DNA of 64,000 bases from Dehalococcoidia bacterium (lineage in GTDB: Bacteria > Chloroflexota > Dehalococcoidia > GIF9 > AB-539-J10): assembly GCA_030612025.1 (NCBI GenBank), contig JAUWOR010000010.1:7109-71108 (forward strand). The letters are read 5' to 3'. Positions 1 to 9,062 of the stretch are shown here, in pieces. The notes under the pieces are model-generated. The model was not told the origin of the DNA and made no database searches. It was given only the letters and a program-made list of their open reading frames with translations. The translations under genes were made by a program, and so were the position numbers. Numbering within the stretch: position 1 is the stretch's first letter; each line of letters begins with the position of its first letter.

Positions 1-78
1 AGCAAAGGCCACAGTGGCTTATTCACAACCGAGAATGATACACGATATGAATTCCCAAAGTCAATAGCCTGTGCTCGT

Positions 79-176
79 CCATATGATTAGTGATACATCG
101 CCTCCTTTGTTGCTATCTCGCTGTTTAATTTTGATTCCCTGTTCAATTTCAGCTATCTCAGAGGTGTTTCACCCCC
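79..176 (+). repeat. Interspersed repeat family G (~85-95 bp), copy 1
   Basis: CATATGATTAGTGA..CTGTTTAATTTTGATTCCCTGTTCAATTTCAGCTATCTCAGAGG recurs at 10792..10873 (same orientation) and, for the 3' half, inverted at 7541..7600. Confidence 0.6.
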
Positions 177-185
177 AAATTTTTG

Positions 186-235
186 TAGTTGCCTGATTTA
201 TCAGGCCCTTCTCGCCCAATAAATTGGGCAACTAC
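186..235 (+). repeat. REP family A element (GTAGTTGCCTGATTTATCAGG...CCCAATAAATTGGGCAACTAC)
   Basis: 50-bp unit with terminal inverted repeats GTAGTTGCC/GGCAACTAC; at least 11 copies in window. Confidence 0.8.
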
Positions 236-284
236 ATTTTTAAACGGCCGTTGCTATCTCAAAGCAATCTATGCTGATTCTCCC

Positions 285-612
285 TCTCTCACCCTCACCT
301 TAATCCTCTCCCGTCAAGGGAGAGGAGGAAAAACAGGGGTGAGTAATCCTGCTCCATTAAGGGAGAGGAGGGAAAAAGGGATGAATACCCCTTTCCCATC
401 AAGGGAGAGGGAAAATACACAAAATATTACTCCCTCCCCTGGCGGGAGGGAGTTAGAGGGAGGGGGAAATATATTCGTAGTGCGACCCTTGAGGGCCGTG
501 CTCGTTGATTTGCCCGAGGCTAAAGCCTCGGGCTACGTGGGCCCGGCAGGAGCTTAGGTTCATTGTTCCACCCTCACCCTGACCCCCTCCCATCAAGGGA
601 GAGGGATAAAAG
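285..612. repeat. Cluster of family C hairpin repeats (CCTCTCCCTTCAAGGGAGAGG-like) interleaved with a degenerate REP-B copy (477..536)
   Basis: Multiple perfect/near-perfect GGGAGAGG...CCTCTCCC stem-loops; same motif at 4618..4665, 5557..5610, 12195..12335. ORF 189..557 is a translation artefact of these repeats. Confidence 0.7.
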
Positions 613-795
613 CCGATATGTCTCAGTAATCATAGCAACGAGTCCCGGCTGATACAGCTTGTTCACAGTTTCGAGGTAGTATGGGCTAAAGGGCCGAGGG
701 GATTAGAGGGGCAAGCGCTTATTTCCGGGATGCCAGGAGTCTGGAGAAAGGGCAATGAAAGAAGGGTTGCCATACCTCGTAATAAGAGGTAGCTA

Positions 796-823
796 TTGAC
801 AAGATAAAACTTGCTGATATAAT
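796..823 (+). promoter_or_regulatory. Candidate sigma-70 promoter (TTGACA-16nt-TATAAT)
   Basis: Exact -35 TTGACA at 796..801 and -10 TATAAT at 818..823; a second weaker TTGACA..TAAGGT at 869..896; both upstream of the 1204 surface-protein gene. Confidence 0.35.
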
Positions 824-1016
824 AGGAATAAAGCAAAGTTAGATAATTTAATTTTTCCCTTTTACCTATTGACAAAATATTGGCTAAAGTGTAAGGTTGT
901 CTAAACCTTTTGGTTTAGTATGCGTTTATGTAATTAAAGGGGGTGATGCCTATGAAACATTCCCAAAGCGTTTTGCTGCGGGGGAGAGGAAAGAGCCCTG
1001 GTCCCGGGGCACGAAT

Positions 1017-1064
1017 GTAGTGCGAGGCTTTAGCCTCGTGCACGACCCTGAAGGGTCGCACTAC
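1017..1064 (+). repeat. REP family B element (GTAGTGCGAGGCTTTAGCCTCGTGCACGACCCTGAAGGGTCGCACTAC)
   Basis: Two short hairpins flanked by GTAGTGCG / CGCACTAC inverted termini; further copies at 4808..4868, 5329..5398, 14523..14603, 23153..23230, 42404..42451, degenerate 477..536. Confidence 0.8.
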
Positions 1065-1203
1065 AGAGGGGCAGCCTGATTTAAGGCAGGCTTTAAACAA
1101 CCTTGAGTTTACCAGAAACAAATCGGAAAACCTGAATCTGAAGAAGGTCGACTTCGGGTTGAGGCTTAGAATAAGTAAAAATTTGAAAGGAGAACTAAAT
1201 CGA

Positions 1204-4200
1204 ATGAGTAAAACAATAAGTTGGCCTGTTAGGGTAACTTACATATTTATTGCCCTGGCATTGGCCTTGAGCCTGGTGTTGGTAGCAATACCAGCTAAGA
1301 CCGACGCTGACCCAGGCCTGACCAAGTGGAGCAAGGTGACCACCCCCAGCGAGGAAGATAAAGTCATCGTGCAGAATGCTGATGTTATCAGCTTCGCTGC
1401 CGGGGCCACCGGTGATGTGATATACGCCGTTCTGGATGGCGTGTACGACTGGGACGGTACAGCCTGGGTTGAAGGCGGCGCTACTGGTAATGTAGAGGAT
1501 GTCCTCGAGGATGGCTTCGGCGACGCCGTATTCAAATCCGAGGACGCCGGTGTGACCTGGGACGACATCACCGATGAGGTACAGGAAGAGGGCATGATGG
1601 CCCCCATGATGGTGGAGGTGGCTCCCGACGATGACGACTTTGCCTTCGTGACCGGCTACGGTGACACAAATGACGATGGTGTCATCGAGCCCAAGGTTGA
1701 TGACGCTACCATGGTAATCGGCTCTGATGACGGCGGCAATGACTTCTCCGACATGGTCTTCACTGCCACTACAGAGCGGATTCTATGTATAGCAGTGGCC
1801 CCTGAGGCAGACGACGCATTCAACGTTGCTGTGGGCACCGACGCTGGTTCACTTTACCGCTATAAAGTCGGCGGGACCTTCGGTGGCGCATGGAAGGACA
1901 CCATCACCTATGATGGTTGGGATACCGGCTCTGCCGGTGCAACCACTGCGGTTGTCGCTGTAGCCTTCTCCCCCAACTTCGCTGGTGATGACACCGTCGT
2001 GGCTATTACCACCGATGGAAACAACACCTACCAGCAATCGGGTATATGGGGAACAACCAAAGCCTGGAATAACATAGCTGGCGATCCATTTCCCTCCAAC
2101 GCAGTCCGGATAATGGACGCCCCACCCTACGTGGGCATCTATAATATCGGTTACCAGGAATGGGATCTCCCGGCAGGTATAGCTATGCCAGAGGACTTCA
2201 CCGGCTATGACTCCGGACTACGACACAACTGGGTCTACCTGAACTACGATGCCGATGACAGTCCCAGTTTTGTTCCGGCAAGCTTCAAGACCGCCTTTGA
2301 TGAGGTCGGCCAGGTATTCAGAATCAAAGGCAGCACAGTAAAGTACGCTGGTATCCGCTGTGAGCCCTGGGATACCTCCACAACCTACCCCTTGATAGCC
2401 AGCATCTCAATGTATGGCGAGATAGAGGATGGTAACCTGATGGTAGGTTTGACCGGTCAAACAGACTGTTGCAAGGGCGTACAGGTTTACCGCACCAGCG
2501 AATGGCCCATAGACTACTGCTGTCCGCAGTGGTCCTCAGCCAAGAAACCACCCACGGGACAGGCAAACTGTTTGGTGAGCTATGTCGCCGGTGGAGACAA
2601 GGCATACGCAGCCACCAGCGAATGCTCCACCACTGGACTCCCGTACGACGAGAGCGCATTCTCCCTGAGCGAGGTAGAGGAAGTGGGCAAGTACTGGAAT
2701 CAGCCTAGTCTGGTTGACACCTTCATAGACTTCCTGTCTGATGTAGCGGTCAATCCTGGCTGTGGCACCATCTACCTCTTCAGCGTCAACGACCACGCCA
2801 GAGACTGTGGCTGCGACAGCGTGTGGAGCAGCACCGATGATGGCGACAGCTACCTCAGGGTATTCTGCAAGTCATTGACAAATGATTTTGGTCTTATCCG
2901 CACCGCTCCCGAGGAGACAGAGGAGGTTCTCACTGTTTACCTGGTTGACCAGGGCACCAAGGTCATTTACTGGAACGATGACAGCGGCCTGACCAACTGG
3001 TCAAATAGGAAAGCCTCTACTCTGGACAATGTCTGGGATCTCGCAGTTGAGAGCGAAGACACCATCTATGCGCTGTCCGCCAACGGCAAGGTAAGCACAT
3101 CCGCCAAGCATGGTGGACCAGGTTCCTGGAGTTCAGCCAAAGATGCCAAAGTCAACGATGGTCACTCCATAGTCTGCCGCGACGGGCATGTTCTGGTCGG
3201 CGGCACGGCTGGCAAGGTCGGTTACTCCGATGATTCTGCGTCCAGCTTCACCAAGCTGGATGACATTGGCGATGGACTTGTCCATTGCGCCTTCGACACT
3301 TACTTCGACGAGAACGACTATGTTTACGCCGCGATAAGCGGAGCCGATAGCGGAGTTTACCGCACCACCATAGCTGATGCCGACTTTGAAGATATGGATG
3401 CATGGACTACCGTCGATTACTTCGGCGTAGTGACCGAGCTCAGTAAGGATGGCAATCCTAAGACTAAAGCCGCCAATGGCGGTGTTCTCTATGCCGTTTA
3501 CTACGATGGCGCTGGCAGTGGTGTAGCTCGACAGCTCAGTCCAGCCGCGGCAACATGCTGTGGCGACTTGAGCTGGGATTACCTCACCGCCAAGCTGGAT
3601 GCAGATGCAGCCTTCACCCTTGAGCCCACTGCGCTCAAGATCTGCGGCTGTCTCACCTCCGCCACCAACAGCAACCTGTGGGCAATCGACAACGACGACT
3701 ACCAGATGTCCGACGGCAAGGATGGCACCCCGTGGGTCTACGAGGACTGCTTCGGCAAATTTGGCGTAGAACTCACTGCTGTTGGCGATGGCGATATGGT
3801 GGCTTCCGACCCCTGTGAATGCGCCAATGAGAAGTTCGTCCTCGAGTGGGAGCGCCTGTGCAACGAGTGTGAATACGATATTGACATCTCCTTGAACAGT
3901 GCTTTCACTCAGATAGTCCTTGACGAAGGGAACATTATGGTCCAGTACCCAAGCTTAGCGGGAACAGTGGCCTATGACCCGCCCAAGAACGCAGAGCCCA
4001 GCGTGGTAATCTGGGAGGGCGCCATAGACTGCAACACCACCTACTACTGGAGAGTGAGAACTCGCTATGCTGAGACTACCGAGATAATCCGGAGCTTCTG
4101 GTCTGACACCTGGAGCTTCACCGTTGAAGCCGGTCCTACTGTGGCCATTAATTTGATAGCTCCGGAGCCCAACCAGCTCAATGTGCCGATAACCAATGTT

Positions 4201-4617
4201 GGCTTCACCTGGTCGTCGGTTGCTGATGCTGACAGCTATGACTTCGTCCTATCAGCCAACGCTGACCTGTCCAGTCCCATAGAAACCAAGACAGGGTTAA
4301 CCGGTACTGCCTACACTTATGCTGGAAACCTGGATTACGACACTGCTTACTTCTGGCAGGTAACGGCAATGAAGGATGGTAATGTCTTCTCCGAGAGTGA
4401 CGTTAGCACCTTCTACACGATACCTGCGGCGGTATACACCTGCCCACAATGTGGCTTGACCTTCCCCACCGAAGCAGCTCTGAAGGCACACATTGCTGAG
4501 GCGCACCCAGCTCCACCACCGCCTGTAACTCCAGCCTGGGTATGGGTAGTTATCGGCCTCGGCGCTGTTCTGGTGATCGTGGTCATAGTGCTCATCTTCA
4601 GAACACGGCGGGTGTAA
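1204..4617 (+). CDS. Giant cell-surface protein (~1137 aa): N-terminal signal/anchor, Cys-rich ectodomain, two FN3-like modules (YYWRV..W, YFWQV), juxtamembrane C2H2 zinc finger, Pro-rich linker, C-terminal TM anchor
   Basis: SD AAAGGAGAA 9 nt before ATG 1204 (ORF track starts at 1159); hydrophobic N-terminus; C-terminus YTCPQCGLTFPTEAALKAHIAEAH then PAPPPP then 23 hydrophobic residues then RTRRV; FN3-like motifs shared with the 5698 protein. Confidence 0.7.
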   Translation: MSKTISWPVRVTYIFIALALALSLVLVAIPAKTDADPGLTKWSKVTTPSEEDKVIVQNADVISFAAGATGDVIYAVLDGVYDWDGTAWVEGGATGNVEDVLEDGFGDAVFKSEDAGVTWDDITDEVQEEGMMAPMMVEVAPDDDDFAFVTGYGDTNDDGVIEPKVDDATMVIGSDDGGNDFSDMVFTATTERILCIAVAPEADDAFNVAVGTDAGSLYRYKVGGTFGGAWKDTITYDGWDTGSAGATTAVVAVAFSPNFAGDDTVVAITTDGNNTYQQSGIWGTTKAWNNIAGDPFPSNAVRIMDAPPYVGIYNIGYQEWDLPAGIAMPEDFTGYDSGLRHNWVYLNYDADDSPSFVPASFKTAFDEVGQVFRIKGSTVKYAGIRCEPWDTSTTYPLIASISMYGEIEDGNLMVGLTGQTDCCKGVQVYRTSEWPIDYCCPQWSSAKKPPTGQANCLVSYVAGGDKAYAATSECSTTGLPYDESAFSLSEVEEVGKYWNQPSLVDTFIDFLSDVAVNPGCGTIYLFSVNDHARDCGCDSVWSSTDDGDSYLRVFCKSLTNDFGLIRTAPEETEEVLTVYLVDQGTKVIYWNDDSGLTNWSNRKASTLDNVWDLAVESEDTIYALSANGKVSTSAKHGGPGSWSSAKDAKVNDGHSIVCRDGHVLVGGTAGKVGYSDDSASSFTKLDDIGDGLVHCAFDTYFDENDYVYAAISGADSGVYRTTIADADFEDMDAWTTVDYFGVVTELSKDGNPKTKAANGGVLYAVYYDGAGSGVARQLSPAAATCCGDLSWDYLTAKLDADAAFTLEPTALKICGCLTSATNSNLWAIDNDDYQMSDGKDGTPWVYEDCFGKFGVELTAVGDGDMVASDPCECANEKFVLEWERLCNECEYDIDISLNSAFTQIVLDEGNIMVQYPSLAGTVAYDPPKNAEPSVVIWEGAIDCNTTYYWRVRTRYAETTEIIRSFWSDTWSFTVEAGPTVAINLIAPEPNQLNVPITNVGFTWSSVADADSYDFVLSANADLSSPIETKTGLTGTAYTYAGNLDYDTAYFWQVTAMKDGNVFSESDVSTFYTIPAAVYTCPQCGLTFPTEAALKAHIAEAHPAPPPPVTPAWVWVVIGLGAVLVIVVIVLIFRTRRV

Positions 4618-4992
4618 TTACACCCTCACCTCAATCCCCTCCCTTCAAGAGAGAGGAAAGGGGACTCCAAAAAGGGGCGGCTAAAAGCCGCCCCTTTTTC
4701 TTTCTCCCTATAATCATAGTGGCGGGGTTCATCCCCGCCATATGGCGTATTATGCCCCTATACCTCGGTCGGGGACAAGCCCCAACCCTACATTTGGTAA
4801 TATAGTCGTAGTGCGACCCTTCAGGGTCGTGCAATTTACCTGGGCACGAGGCTTAAGCCTCGCACTACAAAGTTCTGCCCAATGGCTGGCGCCTAATGAC
4901 TATTTTTGTCATTGCCAGTCGCGCCCTTCTTTGTCATTGTGAGGAGCCTGATTTATCAGGCACAGTCTCGCCCAATAAATTGGGCAACTACA
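4618..4992. repeat. Composite intergenic repeat cluster: family C (4618..4665), family E/F double hairpin GTAGTGGCGGGGTTCATCCCCGCC..GGGGACAAGCCCCAACCCTAC (4717..4791), REP-B (4808..4868), family D half-sites (4906..4945), partial REP-A (4945..4992)
   Basis: Each unit recurs elsewhere in the window; E/F recurs inverted at 40638..40691 and E alone at 5534..5560. Confidence 0.65.
4674..4703 (+). terminator. Rho-independent terminator
   Basis: GGGGCGGC-TAAAA-GCCGCCCC stem-loop followed by TTTTTCTTT directly after stop of the 1204..4617 gene. Confidence 0.75.
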
Positions 4993-5328
4993 TTTTTTAA
5001 TTTGACCCCGCAGCCCAGCTATGTTAGGCTTACAGTCTATATGTCAAAGAACCTTGAGGAAGGCCGCAGGTGGCTAGCTCAAGCTCAAAGGGATTTGGCT
5101 GATGGAGGATAAGGTAGCTAAACAGGTGTTTTAAATATGCAACATCAATCTTGAAAAACGTGGAGAGATTGCTAACCAAATAGAACAATATTGCCGAGAA
5201 ATAGTAAAGGAATTCAATCCGCATCAGGTAATCTTGTTTGGCTCCTTTGCCACTTTATCCCAGAAAAGGCAATTTTTACCATTTACTTTTTGGGGGTGTT
5301 TTCGTTTATAATAGTGGAGGTTAAAAAT

Positions 5329-5610
5329 GTAGTGCCAGGCTTTAGCCTCGTGCAGGATGGTAAATGGAAAAGGGCACGCCCCTGAAGGGTCGCACTACGA
5401 GATTTTATGAGCAAAGCGAAGGAACTCGACGAAGCAATCTCCATGAGTGCTCGGCCACCGAGATTGCCGCGCTTCGCTTGCAATGACAGGTGGGGAAGCT
5501 GACAAATAACTACGGAATGTAGGAGGGAATAATCGTAGTGGCGGAGTTTATCTCCCCGACCCTCACCTAGCCTCTCCCTTGAAGGGAGAGGAACAAGGTG
5601 AGGGTGATAA
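5329..5610. repeat. Intergenic repeat cluster: REP-B (5329..5398), family D half (5461..5500), family E hairpin (5534..5560), family C hairpin (5557..5610)
   Basis: Sequence identity to the other copies listed. Confidence 0.65.
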
Positions 5611-5697
5611 AAAGGATTAAGAAAGTAAGATTTAGCTTCGCTAAATGGATAATAAGGAACCACTTAGGAAAGAAAAATTAAATAGGAGGATTGTTAA

Positions 5698-7368
5698 ATG
5701 AAGTTATTGTCTCGACTAATTATCGCTCTGGTCATCTGCCTTATGGCCATTCCCGTGCTGGCTACTCCGGTAGAGGCCCATCCAGGCTTCAGCCTTAGAA
5801 ACACCACGAGCTATACTGGCCTTGACAGGGATGAGGGCTATATAGGGGATGAGGTAAGGATATATGGTTCGTGGGATGAGACTCATGGCCGGTATATCTA
5901 CATCTACTACGAACTATATGGCGAGGATGAAGAGGATTGGCATCACGAGAAGGTAGGCTATGAGGAATACGATGATACGAACGAGACCTACTCTTTTGAC
6001 TACGATCTTGAGATACCAGAAAGCTGCTCTGGAGTGCACGAAATTCTAATCTGCGATGATGATGACCCCGATGAGGATGTTGACACCCTGGAGTTCACTG
6101 TCTATCCCTCAATAGAGATAGATGAAAGTGAAGGACCAGCCGGGACCGAGGTTGAGGTGACAGGATTTGCCTGGGATGAGGATGAGAGTGAGATCGAGAT
6201 AAGGTTTTATCTGGAAGACCCTGATGATGACTACGATGATGATGACCTATATGAGGTGGTATGGCCTGTAGAGGGCGAGAGTGGGGATATCGAGGTTGAT
6301 GACTATGGTAGCTGGGAAGATGTTACCTTTGAGGTGCCCCATGCCAGTAAGGGAGACCATTGGATATATGCCGTGGGGGATGAGTCTGATGATATTGAGG
6401 ATGATAAAATCAAGGGAGTAGAATTTGAGGTTCTGCCGGGAATAAGCCTGGATAAAGAATCCGGCGGTTTTGGTGAAACTATAACCGTGACTGGCAGCGG
6501 ATTTGAGGAGGACGAGACCAGAATCAAGATATTGTTCGATGGCGATGCAGTAAAGGAGGATATTGAGGCTGATGATGATGGCATATGGGAGGCAACTTTC
6601 GAGGTGCCCGAGGCTGCCAAGGGCAAATACGATGTGACCGCTGAGGGAAGAAAGACCGATAAAGAAGACATCGAGGAGGTGGAATTTGAGGTAGTGCCGG
6701 GCTTGGTGCTGTCTCCCACTGAAGGGCATGTGGGCACAAGCCTAACCATCAGCGGCGGTGGCTTCCTAGCTAATAAATCGGTAACCATCACCTACGATGG
6801 AGTGACCAAAGGCAGCGTCACCACCAATAGCAAAGGCAGCTTTTCCGGTATTAGCTTTGAAGCCACACATACCCAGACAACGCACACTGTAGAACATCCT
6901 GTAGTAGCTACCTATGATACTACTACACTTAGCACCAAGTTCATTATGGAATCAACGGCGCCAGCTAAGCCTACGCTCAGCTCACCTGTCAATGCCAGCA
7001 GAGTGGGACTCTTCGGCAAGCAAACTCCTACATTCACCTGGTCGGCAGTGACCGATGACAGCGGGGTCAGCTATAATCTCCAAATAGGAACCAGCGCTGA
7101 TTTTGCCCAGGTGCTAATATCTAAGACAGGGTTAACTGAGGTCACCTATACCTTAGCCGGCGCAGAAGCCCTAGACTATGGCAGCTATTACTGGAGGGTA
7201 AAGGCCATAGATGGCGCTCAAAACGCTAGCGACTGGACTACCGCCTACTCCTTTAAGTCTGCGCTTTTGCCTTTATGGGCCTTTATTGCTATAGTGGCTC
7301 TAATAGTGGTGCTCATTGGCGCCCTGATTTTTGTCTTTGGCATCAGAAAAAGGGCACCATATGATTGA
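5698..7368 (+). CDS. Acidic cell-surface protein (556 aa): signal peptide, D/E-rich repeats with IPT/TIG-like beta-sandwich units (EFEVxPG...TxTGxGF), C-terminal FN3-like module and TM anchor
   Basis: SD AGGAGG before ATG; signal peptide MKLLSRLIIALVICLMAIPVLA; repeated EVEVTGFAWDEDE / EFEVLPGISLD / EFEVVPGLVLS units; C-terminus YYWRVKAIDGAQNASDW then TM, same architecture as C-terminus of the 1204 gene. Confidence 0.7.
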   Translation: MKLLSRLIIALVICLMAIPVLATPVEAHPGFSLRNTTSYTGLDRDEGYIGDEVRIYGSWDETHGRYIYIYYELYGEDEEDWHHEKVGYEEYDDTNETYSFDYDLEIPESCSGVHEILICDDDDPDEDVDTLEFTVYPSIEIDESEGPAGTEVEVTGFAWDEDESEIEIRFYLEDPDDDYDDDDLYEVVWPVEGESGDIEVDDYGSWEDVTFEVPHASKGDHWIYAVGDESDDIEDDKIKGVEFEVLPGISLDKESGGFGETITVTGSGFEEDETRIKILFDGDAVKEDIEADDDGIWEATFEVPEAAKGKYDVTAEGRKTDKEDIEEVEFEVVPGLVLSPTEGHVGTSLTISGGGFLANKSVTITYDGVTKGSVTTNSKGSFSGISFEATHTQTTHTVEHPVVATYDTTTLSTKFIMESTAPAKPTLSSPVNASRVGLFGKQTPTFTWSAVTDDSGVSYNLQIGTSADFAQVLISKTGLTEVTYTLAGAEALDYGSYYWRVKAIDGAQNASDWTTAYSFKSALLPLWAFIAIVALIVVLIGALIFVFGIRKRAPYD

Positions 7369-7385
7369 GAAGGCTGTTTAAAAAT

Positions 7386-7435
7386 GTAGTTGCCCAATTT
7401 ATTGGGCGACCGTGCCTGATGAATCAGGCAACTAC
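7386..7435 (-). repeat. REP family A element (inverted orientation)
   Basis: GTAGTTGCCCAATTTATTGGGCG...CCTGATGAATCAGGCAACTAC. Confidence 0.8.
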
Positions 7436-7479
7436 GAAATATCTTGGGGAAGCGGCACTACATGATGAGGTTTGAAAAT

Positions 7480-7529
7480 GTAGTTGCCCAATTTATTGGG
7501 CGGCCGTGCCTGATAAATCAGGCAACTAC
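7480..7529 (-). repeat. REP family A element (inverted orientation)
   Basis: Second copy 45 bp from the first, forming an inverted/direct REP pair. Confidence 0.8.
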
Positions 7530-7540
7530 AAAAATTTGGG

Positions 7541-7698
7541 GCTGAAACCCCTCTGAGATAGCTGAAATTGAACAGGCAATCAAAATTAAACAGCCGGTTG
7601 AGGGATTGCTTCGCCTTCGGCTGGCAATGGCCCCTTTTTGTCACCCTGAGCGCAGCGAAGGGTCTCAGAGATTGCCACGCTTCGCTCGCAATGACAAG
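7541..7698. repeat. Family G partial copy (7541..7600, inverted) followed by family D palindrome (7638..7698: TTGTCACCCTGAGCGCAGCGAAGG...CGCTTCGCTCGCAATGACAAG)
   Basis: Family D copies also at 14300..14345, 27922..28008, 40597..40732, 51493..51553, partial 4906..4945, 5461..5500. Confidence 0.6.
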
Positions 7699-7769
7699 GG
7701 GGGAGGGGTTGGAATGACAAGAGAACTTATATAGTGTGGGAGAAAATAGATTAAAATTAAGGAGGAAAA

Positions 7770-8945
7770 ATGAAATTAGCAGTTATTGGACTTGGGCAAT
7801 GTGGCTGTCGGATTGCTGACAATTTCGCCCGGCTCAACATCAAGGCACATGCCGAACGCAAGGTAACCATATCCCCCATCGTTATTGGGGTAAACACGGA
7901 CCAAGCGGACTTAACCGGGCTAAGGTTTATCAAGAAGGATTATATGCACCGCATACTCATCGGCTTGCGCCAGACATTGGGACATGGAGTGGGCAAGATA
8001 AATGAGCTGGGCGCTGAGTTAGCCCGGGAGGATGGCGATAAGGTGATGGATGCCATGAAAACCGAGCCAAGGTTTTATGAGACGCACGCCTTTTTGCTCA
8101 TCGCTGGCGCTGCTGGTGGCACAGGCTCAGGCGGCCTACCAGTAATTGCCAGGATGATTAAGGAGAGATACCTCAACAAGCCAGTTTATGCCCTTATTGT
8201 TCTCCCCTTTGAACATGAGCAATTCAGCGAGGCAAGGAGTGTATACAATAGCGCTACCTGCCTTAAATCTACCTATGACTTAGTGGATGCCATCTTTCTG
8301 GCTGATAACCAGAGATATGTCAGAAAGGATGCCAGCCTGGTTAATAACATGGAAAGGATAAACCGGATGATCGCCGAGCCCTTCTATGACCTGATGTGCG
8401 CTGGCGAGGTAACCAAGCGTAAGTATGTCGGCGCCAGAACGATAGATGCCGGGGATTTGATCGCCTCTCTGGAAGGCTGGACAACCATTGGCATCGGGAG
8501 AACTGAACTCCCCTCCCTTCGCTTTCCCTGGGAGATAAGAAAGAAACATTTCCGCGAGAAGGCTGTGGAAAGCTTCAGAGGGTCGCAGGCCCTGGATGCC
8601 ACCGTATCCGACCTTTCCATTACCTGCAACCCTAAGGATGCTGCCAAGGCTTTGTATATTATGGCTGGCCCAGCTAAAGAAATGAATATGGACATGATCA
8701 AGAGCGTGAGCAATTACATCAGTGAAATTGCCCCCAATGCCGTAATCAGAGGTGGCGATTTCCCCGGAGAAAAGCATTTCATTGATGTCACCTTGATATT
8801 ATCCCAGTTGTCTTTTGTGCCCAAGATAAAAGACTTTTACGAGACGTCCGTCCAATATGGACAGGAACATAAAGGACAGATAGAGGAAACACAGAAGAGA
8901 ATCCAGGCCTTAAGTGACCTAGGCAAGGAATTGCCTAACTTGTAG
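7770..8945 (+). CDS. Tubulin/FtsZ-superfamily GTPase, non-canonical (CetZ/tubulin-like) paralog, 391 aa
   Basis: SD GGAGGA before ATG; N-terminal G-box VIGLGQCGCRIADNF (GQxG as in CetZ/tubulin, not GGGGxN of FtsZ); T2-like NTDQADL; tubulin signature AGAAGGTGSGG; T7-like TIDAGDL; RGGDFPGE near C-terminus; no FtsZ C-terminal FtsA/ZipA-binding peptide. Confidence 0.75.
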   Translation: MKLAVIGLGQCGCRIADNFARLNIKAHAERKVTISPIVIGVNTDQADLTGLRFIKKDYMHRILIGLRQTLGHGVGKINELGAELAREDGDKVMDAMKTEPRFYETHAFLLIAGAAGGTGSGGLPVIARMIKERYLNKPVYALIVLPFEHEQFSEARSVYNSATCLKSTYDLVDAIFLADNQRYVRKDASLVNNMERINRMIAEPFYDLMCAGEVTKRKYVGARTIDAGDLIASLEGWTTIGIGRTELPSLRFPWEIRKKHFREKAVESFRGSQALDATVSDLSITCNPKDAAKALYIMAGPAKEMNMDMIKSVSNYISEIAPNAVIRGGDFPGEKHFIDVTLILSQLSFVPKIKDFYETSVQYGQEHKGQIEETQKRIQALSDLGKELPNL

Positions 8946-8973
8946 TAAGCAATCCTTTGACCTATTTATGCTT

Positions 8974-9024
8974 GTAGTTGCCCAATTTATTTGGGCTACC
9001 GGGCCTGATAAATCAGGCAACTAC
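8974..9024 (-). repeat. REP family A element (inverted orientation)
   Basis: GTAGTTGCCCAATTTATTTGGGCTACCGGGCCTGATAAATCAGGCAACTAC. Confidence 0.8.
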
Positions 9025-9062
9025 GAAATATTTCAGGAGGAGTGCCGGGGGTTATCCCCGCC

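Noticed and set aside
189-557. 122-aa ORF at start of window
   Set aside because: It lies entirely over REP-A, family C hairpins and a REP-B copy. The translation (repeated REREN/GREL) is low complexity, so this is a spurious ORF over repeats.
4542-4942. ORFs 4542..4805 and 4742..4942
   Set aside because: They span the terminator and the family C/E/F/B repeat cluster, so they are repeat-derived pseudo-ORFs.
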